A DNA stretch of 64,000 nt. It comes from Paracoccus sp. (in: a-proteobacteria) (GTDB lineage Bacteria > Pseudomonadota > Alphaproteobacteria > Rhodobacterales > Rhodobacteraceae). The stretch's first letter is position 1, and every line of letters begins with the position of its first letter. Location: contig JBKEBH010000302.1 in the NCBI GenBank assembly GCA_047973065.1, forward strand, positions 567-64,566, written 5' to 3'. The translations under genes and the position numbers were made by a program. Under the pieces are notes generated by a model. That model had not been told where the DNA came from and searched no databases. It was given only the letters and a program-made list of their open reading frames with translations. Of the stretch, positions 22,094 through 32,628 are shown one piece after another.

Positions 22094-24820
22094 ATGTCTG
22101 AAGCGCAAATATCGTCACAGAGCGATCAGCAAAGGGCCCTCTGGCTCTCGACGATCGCTTTCACGATCTGTTTCGCCGTATGGACGCTGTTTTCCATCAT
22201 TGGCCTGTCAATCAAAACTGAGCTGAGCCTGTCGGAATCCCAGTTTGGCCTGCTGGTTGCGACCCCGGTCCTGACCGGCTCGCTGACCCGGCTGTTTCTG
22301 GGGGTCTGGACCGAACGCTGGGGGGGGCGCATCGTCTTCTCGGCGCAGATGATTCTGACCGGTCTGGCGACGCTGGCTCTGACCTGGGCTGACAGCTACG
22401 CTACTTTCCTGATTGCTGCGCTTGGCGTCGGTCTGGCGGGCGGGTCCTTCATCATCGGCGTTGCCTATGTCGCGCCATGGTTTCCCAATGAGAAGAAGGG
22501 CACCGCGCTCGGCGTCTTCGGCATGGGCAATGTCGGTGCCGCCGTCACCAAGTTCTGCGCCCCCTTCGTGCTGGTTGCCGCCGGCTGGCAAGGTGTCGCC
22601 GAGATCTGGGCCGTCGCCATCATCGCGATGGGCGTCATCTTCTACTTTTTTGCCAAGGACGAACCCGGCCTGACCGAGCGCCGCATCAACGGTGCACGCC
22701 CGCCGACCCTGGCCGAGCAATTCGCACCGCTGAAGAACCAGCAGGTCTGGCGTTTCTCACTTTACTATTTCTTCGTCTTCGGCGGTTTCGTCGCGCTGGC
22801 GCTCTGGCTGCCCCACTACCTGGTCGATGTCTATGCGATCGATATTCGTATCGCCGGCATGTGCGCGGCCGCCTTCAGTCTCGCGGCGAGCGTCTTTCGC
22901 GCCTATGGCGGGGTCCTGTCGGATCGCTTCGGCGCCCGGGCGGTGATGTACTGGACCTTTGGCTTCTCGGCCGTGCTGCTGTTCATGCTGTCCTATCCGC
23001 CGACCGATTACGTCGTTCACGGCAAGGACGGCCCGATCGCCTTCTCGACCCAGATGGGGCTGGTGCCCTTCGTCATCACGCTGTTCGTGCTGGGCTTCTT
23101 CATGAGCCTCGGCAAGGCGGCAGTCTACAAGCACATCCCGGTCTATTACCCCAACCATGTCGGCGCGGTCGGCGGGCTGGTCGGCATGATCGGCGGGCTT
23201 GGCGGCTTCATTCTGCCGATCATCTTCGGCGCGCTGCTCGACCTGACCGGGATCTATACCTCCTGCTTCGCGCTACTGTTTGTTATCGTCGTGATCTCGG
23301 CGCTGTGGATGCATATGTCGATCCGCGCCATGGAGCATAAGGCCCATGGCAAAAGCCTGGAGAGCCTGCCGGCCTTCCCGGAGCTCTCGGATGCCCATGA
23401 GGCCAGTGCCGCCGCCGGCGGTCCGGCCATGGCCCGGATGCTGGAGGACTGGCGGCCCGAGGACCCGCAATTCTGGGCCGAGAAAGGTCGCCGGATCGCC
23501 CGGCGTAACCTGTGGATCTCGATCCCGGCGCTTTTGCTGGCCTTCTCGGTCTGGATGGTCTGGTCGATGGTGGTGGCACGGCTGCCGGCCATCGGGTTCG
23601 AATTCTCGACCGGCCAGCTTTTCTGGCTGGCGGCTCTGCCTGGCCTGTCGGGGGCGACGTTGCGCATCTTCTACAGCTTCATGGTGCCGATCTTCGGTGG
23701 CCGGCTGTGGACGACGCTTTCGACTGCCTCGCTGCTGATCCCGGCGCTCGGCATCGGCTATGCGGTGCAGAATCCGGAAACCCCCTATCTGATCTTCCTC
23801 GCACTGGCGCTGCTTTGCGGGCTGGGCGGGGGCAATTTCGCCTCCTCGATGGCCAATATCGCCTTCTTCTTCCCCAAGGCGGAAAAGGGCAATGCGCTTG
23901 CGCTGAATGCGGGCCTGGGCAATCTCGGCGTCTCGGTCATGCAGTTTCTGGTGCCGATCGTCATTACCATGGGTGTCTTCGGTGCCATGGGCGGGGCGCC
24001 CCAGCAGCTGAGCGATGGCGGCCAGCTGTGGATGCAGAATGCCGGCTTTATCTGGGTGCCCTTCATCGCGCTGGCGACGATTGCCGCCTGGTTCGGCATG
24101 AATGATATCGCCGATGCGAAAGCCAGCTTCCGCGAGCAGTCGGTCATCTTCTCGCGCAAGCACAACTGGATCATGTGTGTGCTTTACACCGGCACTTTCG
24201 GCAGCTTCATCGGCTTCTCGGCGGGCTTCCCGCTGCTGACCAAGCTGGCTTTTCCAGAAGTGAATGCGCTGCAATATGTCTTCCTCGGACCACTGGTCGG
24301 CGCGCTGAGCCGGGCCGGCACCGGCTGGATCAGTGACCGCCTCGGCGGTGGACGGGTGACCTTCTGGACCTTTGCCGGGATGATCGCCGCGACCTTCTGG
24401 GTGATTACCGCGCTTGGCGCAGGCAGCTTCGCCAGCTTCTTCGCGGCCTTCATGATGCTGTTCTTCCTGACCGGGGTCGGCAATGCTTCGACCTTCCAGA
24501 TGATCCCGTCGATCATGAGCCTTGAAATCCCGCGCCTGATGCCGGGTCTGGACGCGGCTGCCAGCCGCAAGCAGGCCGAGCGCGAAAGCGCCGCGATCAT
24601 CGCCTTCACCTCGGCGATTGCCGCTTACGGCGCCTTCTTCATCCCGAAGGCCTATGGCAGCGCGATCGCGATGAGCGGCTCGCCGATCGGGGCGCTCTGG
24701 AGCTTCCTGATCTTCTACGCGATCTGCCTGGCCATCACCTGGGGCTATTACAGCCGCCGCGGTGGCCTGCTCTATGACATCGAACGTGGCCGCGCCCGCG
24801 CGACCCCGCCCGCAAACTGA
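22094..24820 (+). CDS. narK: Fused NarK1-NarK2 nitrate/nitrite MFS transporter
   Basis: Two MFS domains. The second begins DWRPEDPQFW...RRNLWIS and carries GGGNFASSM. GAGGAG RBS precedes ATG 22094. Confidence 0.95.
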   Translation: MSEAQISSQSDQQRALWLSTIAFTICFAVWTLFSIIGLSIKTELSLSESQFGLLVATPVLTGSLTRLFLGVWTERWGGRIVFSAQMILTGLATLALTWADSYATFLIAALGVGLAGGSFIIGVAYVAPWFPNEKKGTALGVFGMGNVGAAVTKFCAPFVLVAAGWQGVAEIWAVAIIAMGVIFYFFAKDEPGLTERRINGARPPTLAEQFAPLKNQQVWRFSLYYFFVFGGFVALALWLPHYLVDVYAIDIRIAGMCAAAFSLAASVFRAYGGVLSDRFGARAVMYWTFGFSAVLLFMLSYPPTDYVVHGKDGPIAFSTQMGLVPFVITLFVLGFFMSLGKAAVYKHIPVYYPNHVGAVGGLVGMIGGLGGFILPIIFGALLDLTGIYTSCFALLFVIVVISALWMHMSIRAMEHKAHGKSLESLPAFPELSDAHEASAAAGGPAMARMLEDWRPEDPQFWAEKGRRIARRNLWISIPALLLAFSVWMVWSMVVARLPAIGFEFSTGQLFWLAALPGLSGATLRIFYSFMVPIFGGRLWTTLSTASLLIPALGIGYAVQNPETPYLIFLALALLCGLGGGNFASSMANIAFFFPKAEKGNALALNAGLGNLGVSVMQFLVPIVITMGVFGAMGGAPQQLSDGGQLWMQNAGFIWVPFIALATIAAWFGMNDIADAKASFREQSVIFSRKHNWIMCVLYTGTFGSFIGFSAGFPLLTKLAFPEVNALQYVFLGPLVGALSRAGTGWISDRLGGGRVTFWTFAGMIAATFWVITALGAGSFASFFAAFMMLFFLTGVGNASTFQMIPSIMSLEIPRLMPGLDAAASRKQAERESAAIIAFTSAIAAYGAFFIPKAYGSAIAMSGSPIGALWSFLIFYAICLAITWGYYSRRGGLLYDIERGRARATPPAN

Positions 24821-24837
24821 TAAAGAAGGAGAAAGCG

Positions 24838-27800
24838 ATGAGCCAGATACTGGACCGCCTGAACTTCATGAAGAAGATCGGCAAGGAAGAATTCGCCGAT
24901 GGCTATGGTCTGACCACGACCGAGGATCGTGATTGGGAAAACACCTATCGCTCGCGCTGGCGTCACGACAAGATCGTGCGTTCGACCCATGGGGTGAACT
25001 GCACCGGATCCTGTTCCTGGAAGATCTATGTCAAATCCGGCATCGTGACTTGGGAAACCCAGCAGACCGATTACCCGCGCACACGGCCCGATCTGCCCAA
25101 TCACGAGCCGCGCGGCTGCGCCCGGGGCGCCAGCTACAGCTGGTATCTCTACAGCGCCAACCGGGTGAAGACCCCGCTGATCCGGGGCAAGCTGGCCCGG
25201 CTCTGGCGCGAAAAGCGCAAGACCATGGCGCCGGTCGCGGCCTGGGCCGAGATCCAGGCCGACCCGCAGGCCCGCGAAAGCTATACCCGCATTCGCGGCA
25301 AGGGCGGGTTCGTGCGCGCCAGCTGGGACGAGGTGACCGAGATCACAGCGGCGGCCAATGCCTATACCGCCAAGACCTACGGCCCCGACCGGGTCTTCGG
25401 CTTCTCGCCGATCCCGGCCATGTCGATGGTGTCCTATGCCGCCGGCTCGCGCTATCTGTCGCTTCTGGGCGGCACCTGCATGTCCTTTTATGACTGGTAT
25501 TGCGACCTGCCGCCCTCCAGCCCGCAGACCTGGGGCGAGCAGACCGACGTGCCGGAATCGGCCGACTGGTATAATGCCGGCTATCTGCTGCTCTGGGGCT
25601 CGAATGTGCCTCAGACCCGGACGCCGGATGCGCATTTCTATACCGAGGTCCGCTATAAAGGCACCAAATCCGCCGTCATCAGCCCGGATTATTCGGAAGC
25701 CGCGAAGTTTTCCGATATCTGGCTGAACGCCAAGCAGGGCACCGATGCGGCGCTTGGCATGGCCTTCGGTCACGTCATCCTGCGCGAGTTCCATCTGGAT
25801 CATCAGGCGGAATATTTCGAAGATTACTGCCGCCGCTATACCGACATGCCGATGCTGGTGCGTCTGGACGAAGAGGACGGCCGGATCATTCCGGGCCGCC
25901 AGCTGCGCGCCTCGGATTTCGCCGGCGATATGGGCGAGGCCAACAATCCCGAATGGAAGACCGTTGCCATCGACGAAAGCGGCAAGATCGTGGTCCCCAA
26001 TGGCTCGATTGGCTTCCGCTGGGGCGAACACGGCAAGTGGAACCTCGAACAGAAAGCCGACGGCAAGGATGTCCAGCTGAAGATGAGCTTCATCCTTGAG
26101 GAAGACCGCGACGAAATCGTCGGCGTGGACTTCCCCTTCTTCGGGGGTGCGGCCTCGAACGGGTTCGAAAAGGACGAGCGCGGCGAGATCCTGACCCGCA
26201 ACGTTCCGGCCCGGCGCCTGAAGCTGGCCGATGGCAGCGAGGCGCTTGTCGCCACGGTCTTCGACCTCTTCTGCGCCAATTACAGCCTCGACCGGGGTCT
26301 GGGCGGCGAAAACGTCGCGCGCGATTACAATGACGATGTGCCCTTCACCCCGGCCTGGGCCGAGCGCATCGCCGGCGTACGCCGCGACAAGATCATTCAG
26401 GTCGCCCGCGAATTCGGAGCCAATGCCGAAAAGACCCATGGCCGTTCGATGATCATCATCGGCGCGGGCATGAACCATTGGTATCACATGGACATGAACT
26501 ACCGCGCCGTCATCAACATGCTGGTGATGTGCGGCTGCATCGGTCAGTCCGGTGGTGGCTGGGCGCATTACGTGGGTCAGGAAAAGCTGCGCCCGCAGAC
26601 CGGCTGGACGGCGCTTGCCTTCGCGCTCGACTGGAACCGGCCGCCGCGGCACATGAACTCGACCTCGGCCTGGTATGCCCATACCGACCAGTGGCGCTAT
26701 GAAACCGTCACCGCCGGCGAGATCGTTTCGCCGACCGCGCCCAAGGGCGATTGGGACAGGCTGAGCCTGATCGACTATAACATCCGGGCGGAACGCATGG
26801 GCTGGCTGCCCTCGGCGCCGCAGCTGAAGACCAACCCGCTGGAGGTCGCCAAGGCCGCAAAAGCCGCCGGGGTCGAGGTCAAGGATTACGTCGCCGAGCA
26901 GCTCAAATCGGGCGCCTTGCAGATGTCCTGCGAGGACCCGGATGCGCCGGAAAACTGGCCGCGCAACCTGTTCGTCTGGCGCTCGAACCTGCTGGGCTCG
27001 TCTGGCAAGGGGCATGAATATTTCCTCAAGCACCTGCTGGGCACCGATCACGGGGTGCAGGGCAAGGATCTGGGCGAGGAAGGCGGACGCATGCCGGCCG
27101 AAGCGGTCTGGCATGACAAGGCGCCGGAAGGAAAGCTGGACCTGCTGGTCACCATCGACTTCCGTATGTCCACCACCGCTGTCTATGCCGATATCGTGCT
27201 GCCGACGGCGAGCTGGTATGAAAAGGACGATCTGAACACCTCGGACATGCATCCTTTCATCCATCCGCTTCAGGCGGCGGTCGATCCGGCCTACGAATCG
27301 AAGACCGACTGGGAAATCTTCAAATCCATCGCGAAGAAATTCTCCGAAGTCGCGCCCGAGGTTCTTGGCGTTGAAACCGATATCGTCCAGCTGCCCCTGC
27401 AGCATGACAGCCCCGGCGAAGTCGCCCAGCCCCATGTTCAGGATTGGAAGCGCGGCGAATGCGATCTGATCCCGGGCAAGACCGCCCCGGCCTATATCGA
27501 GGTCGTGCGCGATTATCCGAACCTCTATAAGCGCTTCACCTCGGTGGGGCCGCTGATGGACAAGCTCGGCAATGGCGGCAAAGGCATCGCCTGGGACACC
27601 AAGACCGAGATCCACCATCTGAAGGATCTGAACGGTGTCGTCACCGATGAAGGACCGACCGAAGGCCTGGCCCGTCTTGATACCGCGATCGACGCGGCCG
27701 AGATGATCCTGATGCTGGCGCCGGAAACCAATGGCGAAGTCGCGGTCAAGGCCTGGGAGGCGCTTGGCAAGATCACCGGGCAGGACCACAAGCATCTGGC

Positions 27801-28611
27801 CGAGGTCAAGGAAGACGAAAAGATCCGCTTCCGCGACATTGCCGCCCAGCCCCGCAAGATCATCTCCAGCCCGACCTGGTCGGGGATCGAAAGCGAGGAG
27901 GTCTGCTATAATGCCGGCTGGACCAACGTTCATGAGCTGATCCCGTGGCGGACGGTATCGGGACGCCAGCAGCTGTATCAGGACCATGAATGGATGCGGG
28001 CCTTCGGCGAAAGCTTCGTCACCTGGCGCCCGCCGGTCGATCTGAAGACCGTCGGCCATGCCGCGACGAAATCGCTGGCCAATGGTGAAAAGCATGTCGT
28101 GCTGAACTTCATCACCCCGCACCAGAAATGGGGCATCCACTCGACCTATTCCGACAACCTGCACATGCTGACGCTGAACCGCGGCGGCCCGGTGATCTGG
28201 ATTTCGGAAACCGACGCCAAAACCGCCGGGTTGGTCGATAACGACTGGATCGAGGTCTTCAATTCCAACGGTGTCATCACCGCCCGTGCGGTGGTCAGCC
28301 AGCGGATGAAGGACGGAACTGCCTTCATGTATCACGCTCAGGAAAAGATCGTGAATACGCCCGGCAGCCAGATCACCAATCTGCGCGGCGGCATCCATAA
28401 CTCGGTCACGCGCACGGTGCTCAAGCCGACGCATATGATTGGCGGCTATGGCCAGCTGTCCTACGGTTTCAACTATTACGGAACCGTCGGCTCGAACCGC
28501 GACGAATTCGTCATCGTCCGCAAGATGAACAAGGTCGATTGGCTCGACCAGCCCAAGGACCAACCCGGCGACGGGGAACCCGCAACCCAGAATACGGAGG
28601 CCGCGGAATGA
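24838..28611 (+). CDS. narG: Respiratory nitrate reductase alpha subunit
   Basis: RSTHGVNCTGSCSW, SFYDWYCDLPP and YGFNYYGTVGSNRD. Confidence 0.98.
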   Translation: MSQILDRLNFMKKIGKEEFADGYGLTTTEDRDWENTYRSRWRHDKIVRSTHGVNCTGSCSWKIYVKSGIVTWETQQTDYPRTRPDLPNHEPRGCARGASYSWYLYSANRVKTPLIRGKLARLWREKRKTMAPVAAWAEIQADPQARESYTRIRGKGGFVRASWDEVTEITAAANAYTAKTYGPDRVFGFSPIPAMSMVSYAAGSRYLSLLGGTCMSFYDWYCDLPPSSPQTWGEQTDVPESADWYNAGYLLLWGSNVPQTRTPDAHFYTEVRYKGTKSAVISPDYSEAAKFSDIWLNAKQGTDAALGMAFGHVILREFHLDHQAEYFEDYCRRYTDMPMLVRLDEEDGRIIPGRQLRASDFAGDMGEANNPEWKTVAIDESGKIVVPNGSIGFRWGEHGKWNLEQKADGKDVQLKMSFILEEDRDEIVGVDFPFFGGAASNGFEKDERGEILTRNVPARRLKLADGSEALVATVFDLFCANYSLDRGLGGENVARDYNDDVPFTPAWAERIAGVRRDKIIQVAREFGANAEKTHGRSMIIIGAGMNHWYHMDMNYRAVINMLVMCGCIGQSGGGWAHYVGQEKLRPQTGWTALAFALDWNRPPRHMNSTSAWYAHTDQWRYETVTAGEIVSPTAPKGDWDRLSLIDYNIRAERMGWLPSAPQLKTNPLEVAKAAKAAGVEVKDYVAEQLKSGALQMSCEDPDAPENWPRNLFVWRSNLLGSSGKGHEYFLKHLLGTDHGVQGKDLGEEGGRMPAEAVWHDKAPEGKLDLLVTIDFRMSTTAVYADIVLPTASWYEKDDLNTSDMHPFIHPLQAAVDPAYESKTDWEIFKSIAKKFSEVAPEVLGVETDIVQLPLQHDSPGEVAQPHVQDWKRGECDLIPGKTAPAYIEVVRDYPNLYKRFTSVGPLMDKLGNGGKGIAWDTKTEIHHLKDLNGVVTDEGPTEGLARLDTAIDAAEMILMLAPETNGEVAVKAWEALGKITGQDHKHLAEVKEDEKIRFRDIAAQPRKIISSPTWSGIESEEVCYNAGWTNVHELIPWRTVSGRQQLYQDHEWMRAFGESFVTWRPPVDLKTVGHAATKSLANGEKHVVLNFITPHQKWGIHSTYSDNLHMLTLNRGGPVIWISETDAKTAGLVDNDWIEVFNSNGVITARAVVSQRMKDGTAFMYHAQEKIVNTPGSQITNLRGGIHNSVTRTVLKPTHMIGGYGQLSYGFNYYGTVGSNRDEFVIVRKMNKVDWLDQPKDQPGDGEPATQNTEAAE

Positions 28612-30128
28612 AGGTACGTGCACAAATCGGCATGGTGCTGAACCTCGACAAATGCATCGGGTGTCACACCTGTTCTGTCACCTGCAAGAACGTCTGGACC
28701 TCGCGCGAGGGCGTCGAATACGCGTGGTTCAACAATGTCGAAACCAAGCCCGGCATCGGCTATCCCAAGGATTGGGAAAACCAGAAGCGCTGGAAGGGCG
28801 GCTGGACCCGGTCGCGTTCGGGCAAGCTGCAACCCAAACAGGGCGGCAAGTGGCGGGTTCTGGCGAATATCTTCGCCAATCCCAACCTGCCCGAGATTGA
28901 CGATTTCTACGAGCCCTTCACCTTCGATTACGATCATCTGAAATCGGCGCCCGAAATGAACGCCTTCCCCACGGCGCGTCCGCGTTCGCTGGTATCCGGC
29001 GAGCGGATCGAGAAAATCGAATGGGGCCCGAACTGGGAAGAAATCCTGGGCGGCGAATTCGCCAAACGCTCCAAGGATCAGAACTTCGAGGGCGTGCAGA
29101 AAGACATCTACGGGCAGTATGAAAACACCTTCATGATGTATCTGCCGCGCCTGTGCGAGCATTGCCTCAACCCGGCCTGCGTGGCGTCATGCCCCTCGGG
29201 CGCGATCTACAAGCGCGAGGATGACGGCGTTGTCCTGATCGATCAGGACAAGTGCCGGGGCTGGCGGATGTGCGTCTCGGGCTGTCCCTACAAGAAAATC
29301 TATTACAACTGGTCCACCGGGAAGTCGGAAAAATGTACCCTGTGCTATCCGCGTCTGGAAAGCGGCCAGCCGACGGTCTGTTCGGAAACCTGCGTCGGGC
29401 GCATCCGCTATCTTGGCGTGATGCTCTATGACGCCGACAAGATCGAGGAAGCGGCCTCGACCGAAAAGGAAATGGATCTTTACGACGCCCAACTCGGCGT
29501 CTTCCTCGATCCGAACGATCCCGAAGTGATCGCTGCGGCCCGCGCCGAAGGCATCCCCGAGGACTGGATCGAGGGCGCGCGCCGCTCGCCGATCTGGAAG
29601 ATGGCGATGGAATGGAAGATCGCCTTCCCGCTCCATCCCGAATACCGGACCCTGCCGATGGTCTGGTATGTCCCGCCGCTCTCGCCGATCCAGCATGCCG
29701 CCGAGGCCGGCCAGATCGCCGCGCTCGACGACATGCCCGATGTGCGCAGCCTGCGCATTCCGCTGAAATACCTGGCGAACATGCTGACCGCCGGGGACGA
29801 GGCGCCAGTCGCCACGGCGCTGGAACGGATGCTGGCCATGCGCTCATATATGCGTGCGAAATCGGTGGAAGGCGTGGTCAATCTTGGCGTGGCGCAGCGG
29901 GTCGGCATGACCCCCTTGCAGATCGACGAGATGTATCAGCTGCTGGCGATCGCCAATTACGAGGACCGCTTCGTCATCCCGACGACGCATCGCGAGCTGG
30001 TCGAGGATGCCTATGATCTGCGCGGCGGCTGCGGCTTCACCGATGGCAATGGCTGTTCTTCGGGCAGCTCCGGCTCGACCATGTTCAGCGGCAAGAAATT
30101 CCGCAGCCCGCAGGAGTTCATCGCATGA
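28608..30128 (+). CDS. narH: Respiratory nitrate reductase beta subunit
   Basis: MKVRAQIGMVLNLDKCIGCHTCSVTCK. ATGA overlap with narG. Confidence 0.98.
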   Translation: MKVRAQIGMVLNLDKCIGCHTCSVTCKNVWTSREGVEYAWFNNVETKPGIGYPKDWENQKRWKGGWTRSRSGKLQPKQGGKWRVLANIFANPNLPEIDDFYEPFTFDYDHLKSAPEMNAFPTARPRSLVSGERIEKIEWGPNWEEILGGEFAKRSKDQNFEGVQKDIYGQYENTFMMYLPRLCEHCLNPACVASCPSGAIYKREDDGVVLIDQDKCRGWRMCVSGCPYKKIYYNWSTGKSEKCTLCYPRLESGQPTVCSETCVGRIRYLGVMLYDADKIEEAASTEKEMDLYDAQLGVFLDPNDPEVIAAARAEGIPEDWIEGARRSPIWKMAMEWKIAFPLHPEYRTLPMVWYVPPLSPIQHAAEAGQIAALDDMPDVRSLRIPLKYLANMLTAGDEAPVATALERMLAMRSYMRAKSVEGVVNLGVAQRVGMTPLQIDEMYQLLAIANYEDRFVIPTTHRELVEDAYDLRGGCGFTDGNGCSSGSSGSTMFSGKKFRSPQEFIA

Positions 30129-30826
30129 AAACCTTCAAGGCGCTTTCGCTTCTGCTCAGCTATCCAAACGCGGAAATGCAGGAGGCCATGCCCGAGATCA
30201 TGGCCGTCCTGCACGGCGAGGGGCTGATCGGCCCCCATCGCCAGGAGGACATCGCCCGGCTGGCCGGGGAACTGGCCGAGGGGGATCTTTACGATCTTCA
30301 GGAACGCTATGTTCTGCTGTTCGACCGCTCGCGCACGCTGTCGCTGAACCTTTTCGAACATATCCATGGCGAGGGCCGCGACCGCGGCGGCGCCATGGTC
30401 GATCTTCTGGAAATGTATCGGGCAGGGGGCTACGATCTGGACGGCGCCGAGCTGCCCGATCACCTGCCGGTGCTGCTGGAATATCTTTCGACCCGGCCAC
30501 TGGACGAGGCGCGCGGCATTCTGGCTGATGCCGGTCACATCCTGATCGCGCTTCAGGAACGGCTGGCGCGGCGCGAGACGGCCTATATGGCGGTCTTCGA
30601 CGCGCTTGTCGCTATTGCCGCCGCCGATCCGGCCACCAGCGAGGCGCAGGCCCTGCTGGCCGAGGAAGATCACGACCCCGAGGATCTCGCCGCGCTGGAT
30701 GCGGTCTGGGAAGAAGCCCAGGTCACCTTCGGCCCCGACCCCAATGCCGGCTGCCCGGTCAGCCGCGATCTGCTTGCCCGTATGGACCCCGCCCCGGCCA
30801 CCCCGGCCGCGCGGGCCGCCAGCTGA
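30125..30826 (+). CDS. narJ: Nitrate reductase molybdenum cofactor assembly chaperone
   Basis: LFEHIHGEGRDRG and ELPDHLP. Confidence 0.96.
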   Translation: MKTFKALSLLLSYPNAEMQEAMPEIMAVLHGEGLIGPHRQEDIARLAGELAEGDLYDLQERYVLLFDRSRTLSLNLFEHIHGEGRDRGGAMVDLLEMYRAGGYDLDGAELPDHLPVLLEYLSTRPLDEARGILADAGHILIALQERLARRETAYMAVFDALVAIAAADPATSEAQALLAEEDHDPEDLAALDAVWEEAQVTFGPDPNAGCPVSRDLLARMDPAPATPAARAAS

Positions 30827-30839
30827 ACAGGAGGACGAC

Positions 30840-31601
30840 ATGAACCACTTCCTATTCGGGATCTATCCCTATATTGCCATCACCGTAATGGTCCTTGGCT
30901 CGATCATCCGCTTCGAGCGTGATCCTTTCAGCTGGAAATCCTCGTCCAGCCAGCTGCTGCGCACCCGCCATTTCTGGATCGGATCGGTCCTGTTCCATGT
31001 CGGCGTGCTGACCATCCTGCTGGGCCATTTCTTCGGCCTGCTGACCCCGATCGCGATCTTCGATTTCTTAGGGATCAGCCATGAGGCCAAGCAGATCCTT
31101 GCCATGACCGTTGGCGGAATTGCCGGGATCATGGCGCTTGTGGGCGGGCTCATCCTGCTCCAGCGCCGTCTGACCGATCCGCGCATCCGCGCCAATTCGA
31201 CCATTGCCGATACCGGGATTCTGATCCTGCTGATGGCGCAGCTGGTGCTGGGGCTTCTGACAATCCTGGTCTCGATGCAGCATCTCGATGGCGAAGAGAT
31301 GATCAAGCTGATGAAATGGGCGCAGGGCATCGTCTTCTTCGGCTCTGATCCGGCCGCGAATCTCGTGGGCGTGTCCTTCATCTTCAAGCTGCATATCTTC
31401 CTGGGGCTGACCATCTTCCTGCTGTTCCCCTTCACCCGGCTGGTGCATCTGCTCTCGGCCCCGATCCGCTATCTGTGGCGGCCGGGCTATCAGATCGTGC
31501 GCAGCCGCAAGGGCGCGGCGCATCACGCGCAGACCATGGTGCCGGCCAATCCCGGCATGCTGGTTCAGCCGCAAGCGGCCAAGCAGGAAGGGAAATCGTG
31601 A
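30840..31601 (+). CDS. narI: Nitrate reductase gamma subunit (cytochrome b)
   Basis: FLFGIYPY, SSQLL, LFHVG..GH and LHIFLG...FPFTRLVH. Confidence 0.96.
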   Translation: MNHFLFGIYPYIAITVMVLGSIIRFERDPFSWKSSSSQLLRTRHFWIGSVLFHVGVLTILLGHFFGLLTPIAIFDFLGISHEAKQILAMTVGGIAGIMALVGGLILLQRRLTDPRIRANSTIADTGILILLMAQLVLGLLTILVSMQHLDGEEMIKLMKWAQGIVFFGSDPAANLVGVSFIFKLHIFLGLTIFLLFPFTRLVHLLSAPIRYLWRPGYQIVRSRKGAAHHAQTMVPANPGMLVQPQAAKQEGKS

Positions 31602-32428
31602 TGGATGCCCGTCCGCTTCTGCCGCCGGTCATCGTGAACGGCATCACCATCCCGGCCGAGCGGATCGCCGATGAGGCGCAGAACCATCCTGCGCCCAAGG
31701 GCAAGCCCGGTCAGGCCTGGAAGGCAGCGGCCCGCGCGCTGGCATTGCGCGAGGTGCTGTTGCAGGAAGCCGCCGCGCGGGGGATCACCCCCGCGCCCAT
31801 CGAGATCGGCGAAGGCCTTTGGGAAACCGATGAGGAAGCCCTGATCCGCCAGCTGCTCGATGAGGCCATCGAAACCCCGGCCCCGCGCGATGTTGCGGTG
31901 CTGCGCGCCCATTACGATGCCCATCCCGAGCGTTTCCACGGGCCGTCCCTGTTCGAGGCCGCCCATATCCTGATCCCGGCCGCGCCGGATCAGGAAGGCG
32001 AGACCTCAGACGATGCACGCAACAAGGCCCGGGCTAGGGCGCAGGCGCTCTGCGATATGCTGGCCCGCGATCCGGGCGCGTTCAAGCGGCTCGCGGGCGA
32101 GCACAGCGCCTGTTCGTCGCGCGAAAATGGCGGGCTGCTGGGGCAGCTGGCTTCGGGCGATACGGTGTCGGAATTCGAGGCGGCGCTGCTGGAAATGCCG
32201 GAAGGCACGATCAGCGCGCAGCCGGTCGAAAGCCATTATGGTTTCCATGTCATCCGGCTCGATGCCCGGGCGCCGGGCGGGCTGTTGCCGTTCGAAGCCG
32301 TGCTGCCGCAGCTGCGCATCGCCGAGGAAAAGGCCGGCTGGGTCCGCGCCAGCCGCGATTTCGCGGCGGCGCTGCTGGCCAGGGCCGAGGTCAGCGGCAT
32401 CACGCTGGACCCGGCTGCCGCAGCCTGA
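31601..32428 (+). CDS. PpiC/parvulin-type peptidyl-prolyl isomerase associated with the nar operon
   Basis: AAHILI, HSACSS..NGGLLG and ESHYGFHVI. Translationally coupled to narI. Confidence 0.88.
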   Translation: MDARPLLPPVIVNGITIPAERIADEAQNHPAPKGKPGQAWKAAARALALREVLLQEAAARGITPAPIEIGEGLWETDEEALIRQLLDEAIETPAPRDVAVLRAHYDAHPERFHGPSLFEAAHILIPAAPDQEGETSDDARNKARARAQALCDMLARDPGAFKRLAGEHSACSSRENGGLLGQLASGDTVSEFEAALLEMPEGTISAQPVESHYGFHVIRLDARAPGGLLPFEAVLPQLRIAEEKAGWVRASRDFAAALLARAEVSGITLDPAAAA

Positions 32429-32477
32429 ACCCTTGCGAAGGACCGTCCGGCGGACTTGTCGGAATGCCGGATGATCC

Positions 32478-32511
32478 ACCCGTCGCCCTTGCCTGAGGGC
32501 GACGGGTTTTT
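32478..32511 (+). terminator. Rho-independent terminator of the nar operon
   Basis: acccgtcgccct-tgcctg-agggcgacgggt followed by TTTT. Confidence 0.8.
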
Positions 32512-32628
32512 CATAGGGGCAGGCCAGATCGGGGAAAGCATGAGCGCTTGGCGTAGCGGCGACAGCGTTACCTCGGGCTTTACCCGGCTCGCCGTCAAAA
32601 GCGGCGGCGCGCGGCGATCAAGGCGGCC

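Noticed and set aside
22094..24820. NarK1-NarK2 fusion as a novelty
   Set aside because: Already described in Paracoccus.
24772..28623. 1283-aa minus-strand ORF opposite narG, and similar long antisense ORFs (9987-12437, 14683-17250, 37576-40392)
   Set aside because: Typical high-GC antisense shadows of well-supported genes, with no recognisable motifs.
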